Assembly (NCBI RefSeq): GCF_009834535.1 | Contig: NC_045707.1 | Span: forward strand, 53,942,001-54,006,000 | Length of the DNA stretch: 64,000 nt | Direction of reading: 5' to 3' | DNA from: Camelus ferus | Lineage: Eukaryota | Part shown: positions 40,798-52,030 of the stretch, one piece after another | Layout: every line of letters begins with the position of its first letter | Numbering within the stretch: the stretch's first letter is position 1 | Position numbers and translations under genes: made by a program | Notes under the pieces: generated by a model | What the model saw: the letters and a program-made list of their open reading frames with translations, nothing else | Told to the model about the DNA's origin: nothing | Database searches by the model: none

Positions 40798-43084
40798 AAA
40801 AGGCTTTGGGTCTCAGAACTCTAAAAACATTATTAATTAAAATAACTATTAATGCTAACTTTCTTACTCTTCTGCATATAAATGCTAGTCATAATTCAAG
40901 TATCACTCACATATCAATGCATTGAAACCCTAGTAAAAATTGGGAGGTCATTTTATAAGTCAGGCCTAAAGCAACTCAAGGACTAAATCTTAAAAGGATT
41001 TAAATAATCTGCTTTGTGCTTCCTCTTTAACCTCACGAGATATTTTGCTTCCCTGTGGTAGAGGTGCTCACTTCAGTCTTTCAGTAAACACTGACTGAGT
41101 ACTTACAAGCATTAGACCCTTGATTCCAAAGATGACCTGGTCTCAAGGACCTTACAATCCAAAGAGCTGCCATTTATTGAGGACTTTTACTGCACCAGCC
41201 TGACTGCTAAGCACCCTTCATGGTCACATGCATCAGTCATTTGATCCTTAAAAGCCACCCTAGGAAGGAAAAAGTAGACCCACTGATGCATGAGGACACT
41301 GGGGTTTAGGATTCAAAATCATACAACTTGAAAATGGTACAACTGGATTCCCACCAGGTCTCCATGACTGTAAAGCTTATTCTCTATGACTCTTGTCTAC
41401 ACAACCCCATAGCTGGTGGGCAAGATAGCTGAATGGAAAACTGGAACATTTTTTATGACTGTGGGCACAGGATGGATTTCATCAAGAACGTGATCCTTGA
41501 GTTGAGCCTGATACTTCAAGATGAAGAAATCATCTTCCAGAAGGGGCAGAGATTTCAGTCACTCCAGGAAGCACTAAGAGCACACTAGATGTGAAACAAT
41601 ATTTCAGGAGCTTCTGGGAACTTTATGGAACAACTCAGGGGACTTGGATATGAGGAGCTGTGTCAACCATTGAACCTAGAAGGTGGAGAGTAGTCAGAAG
41701 CTTCATATCTTGTTCTAAGAGGTTTTAGCTATATTGCAAAGGCTCTGGAAGTGCTCTGAGCAGGGAGTTACATGATTAGTTTGACAACATCCATACTAGT
41801 AAGAGGGTGTTACCTAAGTGGGGAGACGGGCAACCAAGGCTGAAAAATAATGAACATTAATGTCTCAACAACATATTAATCAGTGTGATATAGTGTGCTT
41901 CACACTTGACTCCATCAGTGCTTGAGAAAATTCGTAGAAAGGACTGATTAGCATCAGGTGTGGCTAATAGGACAGGCTTCCTAGAAAAGCTTTGGAGCCT
42001 AGGTGTGATGTGAGCAACACAGATAAATAAGGACAGAGGTATCAAAGGGGAAGCAATAAAACCAAGAAGCAAGAAGGAACAAGTTATATATGAGAAGGGG
42101 ATGGGTTTGTTAACATATGAGTTAGAATATGAAAATGAGAGGTGAGATTATTTTCTGCTAATTCACTTGGGAATGATGGAGAAACATTTGCTGTTGTTTT
42201 TATTTCAATAAAGAAACAGCAATGTTTCAGAGAGATTTTAATCAATCTTATAATCACATTACTGTATGAGTGAGTCCCTTGGGAAAATTTTCACTTAAGA
42301 TGCATATGTAAGTGTATTAACAAGAACTTGTTAAGCAATTTCAGTTCCTCGAGAGATAAAATAATTAAAACAGACCTTGATTTTAAGAAGGGACTTAAGG
42401 AGATAAGCTTACCACATATTGAAGGATATGACAACATAGGCTGATACAACTATATAGCTACACTGACATGTGTAAAATAAATATAAAGTGCAAATACGCA
42501 CAGAGCAGTATTATTTCCTGGAGAAAAGATGTGTAGGAAGCGCTAGTGACTTCCTCTTGAAATAGAGTTAGTTATATAAACATTCCCCATAGCTAATTTC
42601 CAAGAAATTCTTATCTGGGATAAGGAGGAATCTGGCAAAACCTATAAAAAGCCCAAGCTACTGGCTTCTGCATGAGAAAATAGTGGTATCTCAGAAGGAA
42701 ATATGAATTATATTTCCAGTTACTTTGAAGTCTGAAGGACTAGAGGCAGGGAATTTGGATTGTACAGGTGGAGCTGTCATCCCTTTATTAAATGAAAAAT
42801 GCACTTTAGGGACAAAAGCACATTTGGAATTGAGTTCGTGCAAATGAGGTAAAAAATTCAATTGTGTTTCCTGGGCTATAGCTCCTTATTTTGGAATGAT
42901 AGAAGGGAAACAGTACATCTCAGGAGAAAATGAAAAGATGTAAAGCACAAGCTCTTCCTATATGCTGCTTTCCATAGGAAGGCTCCGCTCATGTCATCTT
43001 TAACATTTAGGTTATTTTTTATTTGGAGAAAAGGAAAGAAAGCACACTTTTATACCTGAAAATATCACAAACATAAAGATCATA

Positions 43085-44050
43085 GGGGTTGATGGACTGT
43101 AAATTCAATTGTATTGTTGTTTGAAAAGAAAAGCTTAATTAATAGGATGAAATGCAAGAAGTATTAATGTAAATTCCTATACCTGGTTTTGGAAATTAGC
43201 TGAACAACTACAGGATGATTTAAAAAAAAAAAAAAAACACAGCTGGGTGGATAAAGTTGGTTTTACAATTCTGTAAAGCCAGCTGTGTGATGTGGCAGCC
43301 AAAAATATCTAATGAATCCTCAAACTGCATTAGCAAAATTACAGTGGTCAGGGAAAGCAGAGTAATAATTCTTTGGCCCTTTGCTTTGCCCAGACTACAT
43401 CTGGAGCTATGTGTTAATTTCTAGACCCCATTGACAGTTAATTATAGTATACCCCAGGAATATAATCAATTGCTAAGGACTCTGGAAACCATGGGATATG
43501 AGGAACAGTTGGGAAAAAATGTCATGGTTAACCTGGGAAAGAAGACATTAATAGAAGTTGAAGCTGACTTAAAGTCTTTGAATGACTGTCATATGGCAGA
43601 AAGTTTCTTGGCAGAAAGTTTCTTTTTACATTGTGTAGATTTGGTTAATACCAATTCAGAGGTAAATTTAGGGAAGGAGATGTTGAGTCTATATGAGGGA
43701 GATCTTAAAACTTGAGCTGTCCATCAATTCATAGGCTTCTTCATGAAGTAGTTGTAGGTCACTAGAAATATTCTAGAGATAGCTGTACTCAGTATACACT
43801 TGAGTCTGCTACTACCAGCTTGTGAAAACTGAAGACTAAATATTTAGGAATTTTGCCAGCTAGTTTGGTAGTTTAAAATCAGTAAATGGTGGGAATATTT
43901 AAACTAGAGAAATTGGCAAACACTATAAATTGGGATTTTTTTTTTTTTTTCTGAGAGACAGTTTGCCAGCCTACTACCTGATTTTTATAGATAAAGTCAG
44001 TGCAATGGTTAAGACTTTTCATCCTTCCAAATCTAAAAGCCTATGAATGT
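43085..44050 (+). mobile_element. L3/CR1 LINE 3' fragment (interrupted by MER63)
   Basis: tgtgatgtggcagccaaaaa..ctaatg.a.tcct...ctgcatta; cagactacatctggag.ta.tgtgtt; ctggaaaccatg..atatgaggaacagttg. Confidence 0.8.
43790..43980 (+). mobile_element. MER63-like hAT element nested in L3
   Basis: ttggtag.ttaaaatc...atggtgggaatattta...gaaattggcaaacacta.aaat. Confidence 0.72.
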
Positions 44051-45517
44051 ATTAATATGTAGTAGAATATAAGCTGAGTTAAAAAAACAGAAGGAAGTAA
44101 TATGGGTAGTAAAGCCAGGGAAATTTGTGAAGGAAGTTAGAAGTAAAATGGCAAGAAGAAGAATAAATACTAGAGGAGTGGATTATATTCTGTGGGAATA
44201 GAAAAAAATAGAATTAGGGGGAACTACCTAAACATTTTGAATTTGTAAGGTTTGCCTTGGTTGAGAGAAAAGCATATCTTAGGAATGTCTGTTCTTTTCC
44301 CTTTGAAAGATAGATATATTAATGAACAAATGAATGAAATTCATATGCAGAAATTGCCCAATGAAATAACTACAAATTCACAGTTTAAGAAATTAGACTA
44401 CCCTTCAAAAATGCAAACATATTTTCACTGTGTTCTTCATAGTTAAAAAGTAAATGCTACATGAGATTATTGCTTCTGGAACATGAATTTATGTTCTTCT
44501 ATAGTTTAGGAATGGGCTAATGATTCCTACATTTAATCATAAACATAAATTACCTTAATTCCTGGGGTAGCTAAGATTCCTTTCAAATGGGTGGCCCTTT
44601 TTCATATATACTTAATTAGTGTCTGACTTGGATATTTTTGCTGAAATAGCCATACTACAGTGTTCAATAAAAACAATCTTTCATATTATAAAAATTTAAC
44701 CACCCCACTCTTCAAAGTGCAACAGTTTTGAAATTTAAAAAGATAATTCTTGCAAAATTTTGTTAATTGCTGCATGAAATTTTAATAAACTTTTACAGTC
44801 ATTTCATTTCAAAGAGGAAGGGAAGCTTTACCAATTTCAAAGGTTTCCTTCCTACTCTAGCACAATAGCTCAATAACAAAATAGAAACACAAAACTCCAT
44901 AGTTAGCCCTTCTTTCTTTAAGTGCCTCTAACACTATGTGTATGCTCCTGGCATGGTAATAATTACATTCTGACTCACATGTTATAATTATTTTTTCATT
45001 AAATAAAACCCTCCTGCTTATTAAGTCCTTAAGAGCAATGCCCATGTCTCATTCACTTTTGTGCATAGAAAACTATTTACAATAACATGCATGCAATATA
45101 TATCTAAGAAATATTTTTGAATGAGTTATTATAGTCATTTCTCTGTTAAATAACACAAGCAACATACTGTTTTTGTAGATATATCCATAAATGACATAAA
45201 CCCATTCCTCTAATATTTTCTCCATAATCTGCAATGGAGGTGCTCTAATCCTCATTCAAAGTGTTGATTTAAACATTATAGATACAAGTTAAGTCACAAT
45301 TTTTTTGGAGAATGGAATTTTGAAAAAACAAATATGTTTAGTAAGATCCCAGGTAAATATATATGTAGTCATTCCATCAGGAAAATACGTTTCTACACAA
45401 ATAATACACACAAAACACATATATGTGTATATAGATATAAGAGTATAGTGTATACACACGTGTATGAGTGAACATATAGATCATTATCCAAATGTATGTA
45501 TCTGTTAGGCCAAGCAC

Positions 45518-46000
45518 TCATTCATTCAACAAATATTTAGAGTCCCTATTGCATGCCAGGTACTGTCTTAAGTGTCTTTGATACATCAGTGAACAAAAAG
45601 AGAAAGATGCTTGCCCTAGTGGAGTTCACATTGTAGTAGAGGATATAGCCATTGAACAATTAAAAGTGACTAACTTTTTTTGTAAGAGGATAATGTTCAC
45701 TTCAAGAGAAGAAAAAAAAAAAAAAGCAAAGGGGAAAGGTAGAAACAGGAATACCAGTTTGTTACTATTTCAGTTGATAGTTTGGATCAAGGAAAAGGGT
45801 GATATTCCATATATATTTTTGGAGGTTAAGTCAGCAGGATTCCTGGCAGAAGCATGAAGTGTGAGGGAAAAAAAAAAAAAGAATCATGAATGATGCTAAA
45901 GTTTTTGATCAGAACAACTATAAAATGGTAGTGTTATTGTCAACTGAATTGTGTAAAACTCTGCATGTAGCAAGTTTGGGAAGTAGGTTTAGGAGCATGA
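45518..46000 (-). mobile_element. L2 3' end
   Basis: tcattcattcaacaaatattta...tgccaggtactgt...cagtgaacaaaa...cttgccct.gtggag.tcacatt.tagt. Confidence 0.85.
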
Positions 46001-47158
46001 ATAGGGAAGTTCCAAAACTGAGATGATCAGGGATAAGCCCATTACATATGTGAAAGGATTCATAGATTTTAGACCACAGAATGAATGTGAGCTAGAGCTA
46101 ACAGATTTTCATCCTAATGAACTGGAAAAGGATGGTGTTCTTAGTTACCACAAAATGGTAACTAGCATATACTTTATGTTAATTTACATAAATTATAGGA
46201 TGTCTGAAAACATTTCTGTATCTTAACAATAATGTTACACATGCAATTAAGAAGTTATCCTTTTTATGGTATACCATTCCAAGGGGAAGGCATTCTTCAA
46301 AAGGGTTAAATACTTTTCTGTTGTTGGCATTAAGGATTCAGTGTGTTCACCATTTAACTGTGCTCTTTTCAACTTCTGCTGGCTTGTCAAGTTTGTTTTA
46401 GCTGTGACTGTCCCACTGGATAATAAGATGCCATTAGTTTTCATTTTAGTTGAGTGGCATATATGATTTTATTGACTGAAATTGGGATTAATTTGACCTT
46501 TTCATTGCCAATAAAAAGTGACTTGTTGAGCAAATAAATTCCATACAAAGAATATTTTCAATCTACTAGAGGAAATACATATTTCCCAAGTGCATTACAG
46601 TGTACAACTACATACAGGTGAAAAAGTGTACCTTGTTCTAAGCAGTGCAGGAATACAAAAAATTAACACACCGTGATTCCAACCCCCAAGTGCTCCCAGT
46701 CAGAGGACATTAAGTAGTCAAGAGAAAAGGAAGACTATGCTAAGTAAGAGCTTTATAGGAAGAATAACCTTCACTGGGGGGTCAAAGAGAGTGATTAATT
46801 CTGACAGTGTGATTATAATAGCAGAGGCTAGCCCAGGGAAGGCTAGGTTCACTGTGACCATTACTCTTATTAAAATTATCTCTCTACTGGGCATTCATTC
46901 TGGATTGACTTCTATATTAACTATAGAACCAATTTATTGAACCAGTTAGACTAGGCTGGGCATAGGCAGAATGCAGCTCTATTCTTTTTCATCTCCACCT
47001 TTTGGATTTTATCTCAAGATTTGTTGTTTCCTTTTCCTAGATGAAGTTCGGTAGATTCCATAGTTTCTAGAAAACTTTAAAATAACAAACCCAGGCCTTT
47101 CTCATAAAAATACAGACTATTTTTCAACTTACTACTTCTCTCCTACATTGGCTCAAAC

Positions 47159-47678
47159 TGTTACAGAGTCTAAACTTGTTCTGCTCATTGGACTACAGGC
47201 CAATAAATCAGGAGACCAGGTGCTGGGGCAAGGAATAATAACATTATTGGGAAAGCTGGCAGACAGACAAGAGGGCAGACTAATGTCTGGAGAATCATCT
47301 TCCCCAAGTAAGAATTCAGGCTCCTTTTATACTAAGAAGGGGAAAGGGTGTGGTTAGTTGTTGCAAACTTCTTGGTGTCGGAATACCTTGTTCTTGCCAC
47401 TGTCTTCATGGGTCAGGTCACAGTGTCCCTGTAAACCTCCAGCAAAACAAATGTTATTTTCTATTCTGCAATCTTTTATCTTTATATGAATGGAAAAGTG
47501 TTAATATTCTTAAAGGTCAGAGCCTTGAGAATAGGCTATCCTGTCTATTTCAGGCTACAGGCGACATTCTTTTACAGAAGGTGCAGAACTAGCATGACTA
47601 AGCACAGGAAACAGAGCACTGAGCTAGAACCAAAGGAACAGATCTAATATGGAGTCAGGTTTATTCTTCCCTGTTACA
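47159..47678 (-). mobile_element. ERV1-class solo LTR
   Basis: TG...CA termini (TGTTACA at both ends on the plus strand). 4-bp TSD AAAC at 47155-47158 and 47679-47682. Resembles recalled artiodactyl ERV1 LTRs in antisense orientation. Confidence 0.85.
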
Positions 47679-47773
47679 AAACCTGCTACAGGCTACCCCG
47701 GGGAAGAAAGTTATAGTCGACTTCACTTTTTCTTCTCGATACACTTCTTACCTCAAAGTTCTGCTCTCTACAG

Positions 47774-48113
47774 TGCCAGGTCAAGAGATTTGAAACAAAT
47801 GGACTGCCAGATAGTTCTCCAGCAAAGATGAGTTTATTCAGGATCAGCAAATTGCAATCTGAGGTCTAACCATAGTGAGCTGTGTGCAAGTCCTACTGCC
47901 CCTCAAGGAAAGGAGCATGCTTAACAAAGGGGGAAGAGAAGTCAGGAGGACTTAGTCAACAGGGAGTTCATGGCTTTTCACTGGCTGAGTCCCTGCCAAG
48001 AAAGAAAAGGAGTCTTTCTTCCTGCTGGGCTCTGCTGTCACAGGGTGTGAGAGCTCCCCCTTCAGGTCTCCCAACTCTATTTCATTGAGGTTTCTGTTTA
48101 TTAAATTTTTACA
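47774..48113 (-). mobile_element. Second ERV1-like LTR (solo or partial)
   Basis: The minus strand begins TGTAAAAATTTAATAAACAGAAACC. An antisense AATAAA (tttatt) lies near 47835. The left boundary is uncertain and there is no clear TSD. Confidence 0.6.
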
Positions 48114-48294
48114 AAGTCTGGGGAAGAAGAGAAGTGATAATGGGGCAAAAAATGGCCTTACATGATGGGTTCAGTTGTAATTTAATGTTGAGTCTTTGTA
48201 TCACATGCTAGCTTTTTTCTTTTTGTGGGATGCTTATGTGATTTCTTCTAATAGTCTCCCCTGCTGGAACTTTAACAGTTAAAAGGTGATGCTT

Positions 48295-48510
48295 GCTATA
48301 GGAATGCACCTTGATCCTACTGCTCATGAAAACTGATAGCATCAATTCCCAATTCTGTCTTCAGTTACTTCATGGTGGTAACTTGAAATCCACCATAATG
48401 GGAATATTTAAGTAACAGAAATTAGCAAGTCCTACAAATCAGAACTTTGAAATATTTCTTTTTCTGCTGACACAGGCCTGGCAACTGTTAACATGTACTA
48501 GCACAGCACT
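48295..48510 (+). mobile_element. MER63-like hAT element
   Basis: ggtaacttgaaatcc.ccat.atgggaatattta...gaaattagcaa..ctacaaatcag; ends actagcacagcact. Confidence 0.7.
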
Positions 48511-48924
48511 TTAGATATTGCTTCCTCAGACCTCTTCAGCTGGCCTTTTGTTTGAAAGTGCTTTGGGGGAGTGATTTTATATACCAGTCATTATCTCCTT
48601 AACTTCAGGAACATAATGTGAACTTTCAGAGTTCTTCTCTTAAAGAGCTCCTCGCTTTGAGGAGTGGAAAGGGAAACACAATGCACACGTAATGGCAAAT
48701 CTTTCCACAAAATTCTGCACTACCAACATCCAATGTCATTTTCTTAGATATTTCTTAAAAGAATAGCCCCCTGCCTTCTGATATCCGTCTGGTGCCTCCT
48801 TAGTACCTTGCCTGAAATGGCAATAAGACTAGTCTGGAAATGACTTATTTAAAAGCCAGACATTGGAAAAGACAGTAGCTGCTACTTGTTTTAGTTGTGA
48901 TTAATGATACTGTTTCAGGGGGCA

Positions 48925-48965
48925 AATAATATCACAATAATAATCATTATTATTGTGATATTATT
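48925..48965. repeat. Perfect inverted repeat, 20-bp arms with 1-nt spacer
   Basis: AATAATATCACAATAATAAT-C-ATTATTATTGTGATATTATT, checked base by base. Confidence 0.95.
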
Positions 48966-48969
48966 ATTA

Positions 48970-49145
48970 TCACACTTGAATAACTCCCATTAGTGCCAGG
49001 ACTGCTTTGTGGACTTTCCACACATTATAAATATTCATTCAGTTAATCCTCACAACATTCATATAACTGGTACTAGAATGATCCTCACTTCATAGATAAG
49101 AAAGCAGAGGCTCAGAGAGGCTAGGTAACTTGCCCTAGATCAGTC
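48970..49145 (-). mobile_element. MIR SINE
   Basis: ttaatcctcacaaca...atcctcacttcatagataagaaagcagaggctcagagaggctaggtaacttgccc. Confidence 0.85.
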
Positions 49146-49827
49146 TAGAATATATTTATTCCTAATCAATCTGTTCAGGCCTCAGAGGAAATAAAAAGAA
49201 TTAGTACTCTTTGAATACATCCTGCCTCAGTATGCTGGGCATTGTACATGTAAGATTCACTTAGGCCATACAGTTACTATTCTGTTTCACAAACTGAGGC
49301 TGCTATATGTAGAATAATTTGAGTAAGATCTCACATTAATATAAGATGAGTCTAGTATTTGAACTAGTTCTACATGATCTCAAAATTCACATTTTTCCAA
49401 TCCACCACAGTGCTTTGGCAGGAAATGACCATAAGTCTTTTCCTCCTCTTCATAGACTCCTATACATACATAAATTCTCAGCCTATATTCTATGAAAAAA
49501 TAATTAACATTCAAAACTGAGAACACTTGAGAAATTTATATTCAAAGCATAAATATATAATTAAAATAAAGGCCCAAGTATATAATTAAGCATCCTAATA
49601 TTTGAGAAATGATACCTAACGTGTGTGGAGTGTTAAGGTATGCTGGGCTCTGTTCTCAGTTCCTATCGTTTTATATTTACAAATATAAAGTATTGTGCCT
49701 ATACCGCTAGCCTGATTTACACATTTTAGAACTGCCTATTTGCTTAATAACTTTATATTTATTACTCCTCCCTCTGCATCCCCTGTGCATATTTCCTCAC
49801 CATCATACACTGTACTCTGATAGCACC

Positions 49828-50421
49828 TACAATGGTTAATTTGGTTTCAACTTGACCAGGCCATGGGGTTCTTAGATATTTGGTGAAACATTATTCTAGA
49901 TATTTCTATAAGGGTGTTTTGGGATGAGAGTAACATTTAAATTGGTCAACTAAGTAAAGCAGATCATTCTTCCTGATGTGGGTAAATCGCATCTCATCAG
50001 CTGAGGGTCTGTGTAGAACCAAAAGGCTGAACCCCCCACTTAGGAGGAAATTCCTCCTGTTTGACTGCTTTAAAACTGGGACATTGGGGTTTTTCCTGCC
50101 TTCAGATTTAAACTGAGAAACTGGCTCTCCCTGGGTTTTTAACCAGGTAGACTTTGGACAGGAACTATACCATTGGCTTTCCTAGGTCTCCAGCTCGCCA
50201 ACTCATTCTGCGTATCTTGAGAATGATCAGTCTCTACAATTGTGTGAGCATATTCCTTACAAAATTATCTCTTTATGGAAATATATAGATATGTATATAA
50301 CCATTTGTATCTATCTATATCCATCTATGTCTACATCTGTATCTGTAGACATATAGAGAGTTCTGGATAAATAGATATCTATCCTATTGATTCTGTTTCT
50401 CTAGAGAACCCTGACTAACTA
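49828..50421 (+). mobile_element. ERVL LTR (MLT2B/D-like)
   Basis: atggttaattt..tcaacttgac.aggcca...gatatttggt.aaacattattct; ends tatcctattg.ttctgtttctct.gagaaccctgactaa. Confidence 0.88.
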
Positions 50422-51299
50422 GAATCCAATGTAGTTTTAGCACAGTTTTACTTAAATTAACATTCAGCTTTTGCATTATTCTGACTAGGTGACTATTATT
50501 CCTGCTAAACGCTCAGCTGCTAGAATGGAACTTGGTGAAAGGAGGGATATTGTGTACATAGACTATGTTTTTACTTCAACTTCCAGGATTCTTCTCCTAG
50601 AATACCACATCATTCTTAAATGAAACATGGGGAAAAGAAGCTAGAGAGACTGAAAATACTCTCCTATGCCTTTTCGACCCACCATGAATTCATGCATTCA
50701 TTCAACAAACAATTGTTGAGAGCTTATTCTATATCAGATTTTGCGCGAGTGTGGTGAGAGGCGCAAAGATGCCCTTAAAATGGTGAACCTAAAACCCCAT
50801 CAGGAAGTGACACTGCCTGAATGCCAGTTTAATCAAAAACGCCCTTTCATGGATGCCAATGTTTCTTTTTAAACAATACCAGCATCAAACCATAACTATT
50901 TTTAAATTAGCAATTGTCTGCAAAGTCCATAAGTAATTATTATAGTTGAATGACAACTTGTTCTACTAGTTCTTAAATACCAGTTGCTTTAAGAAATGGA
51001 GGGTCACAGACATTATTATGCCAATTATCTACTTCTTCTGCAAGAGTTATTATGTGAGATTGTTAGTGTGTGGAACCACAGAACATTGCTAAGGAAATTT
51101 CAAGAGGATGAACAAAATCTAAATCCCCTAAAATAGAGACATGAATAGTTATTCTAAAAATATTGGTACAATTTATGTAAAATAATGAACCATTTAAGTT
51201 CTAAGTAGTCAAGAGTAGTTCCCAAAGAGCCAATAAATAGAAGTAAAACAAAGAAATCCTTTACAGTGTTTGCCCTAGTGTTCACCCTAATTCACTCAT

Positions 51300-51700
51300 T
51301 GCCTGAAAGGACTGCTTTTGTGGGCTCTATTTCCAATGGCCTCTTCCCACCTCCAGTGAGAGGTGAACAAGGGAAATCTTTGGTTTTGCCTAGGTCCCAG
51401 TAACTTCCAGAGAGCAGTTTCAGTGGAATAGTGGAAGCAGATGAGGAAGGGACACAGAGAATGTGGCTACTTGTCTTTATGAAGTTGAGTATGTACTGAA
51501 AAGGGAAAAATTTGAATATTCCTATACATGATGATATTAATCTGTGAGTTGTATTTGTTTCAAAGAGAATGGAGAACTATTTGGAAAGTAACTGAAAAGT
51601 CAGTGAAATGGGAGAGACTGAAAACACTTGGAAGGAAGGAAAGAATTACCGATTACCAGGCAAGAGTCCATAGGAAGTAATCAAGTCAAGGAACAGGTGA
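51300..51700 (-). mobile_element. L2 fragment
   Basis: agagcagtttcagtggaatagtgg; gggagagactgaaaa. Confidence 0.6.
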
Positions 51701-51774
51701 GAAGCTCAGCTGAGTTAGGGGGTGGAGTGAAAATGCTGAGACACAGAAGTGGGATAAAGTGAGAATAACCGTAG

Positions 51775-52030
51775 ATAGCCATGGAGAGAAGTGGTCGGGG
51801 ATGTGGACCCTGGAGTCTGAGCCTGAAGCTGAGCTCTGCCAGTTTTTAACTGTGTTGCCCCAGGACAATAGTTTTCACTCCTCTGTGCCTCCATTTCTTC
51901 CCATATAAAATAGGGATAATATTAGTATCTACTTCATAGCATCGCTTTGACAATTAAGTGTGTTAATACATATAAAGCACTCAGAATTATGCCTAGTACA
52001 TGATAACCACCAAATGTTAGCTCTAATTAT
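51775..52030 (+). mobile_element. MIR SINE (near full length)
   Basis: ctctgtgcctccatttcttcccatataaaatagggataatattagtatctacttcatag...taaagcactcagaa..atgcctag.aca. Confidence 0.88.

Noticed and set aside
43594..43625. 15-bp tandem duplication GGCAGAAAGTTTCTT
   Set aside because: Ordinary slippage within a dead L3.
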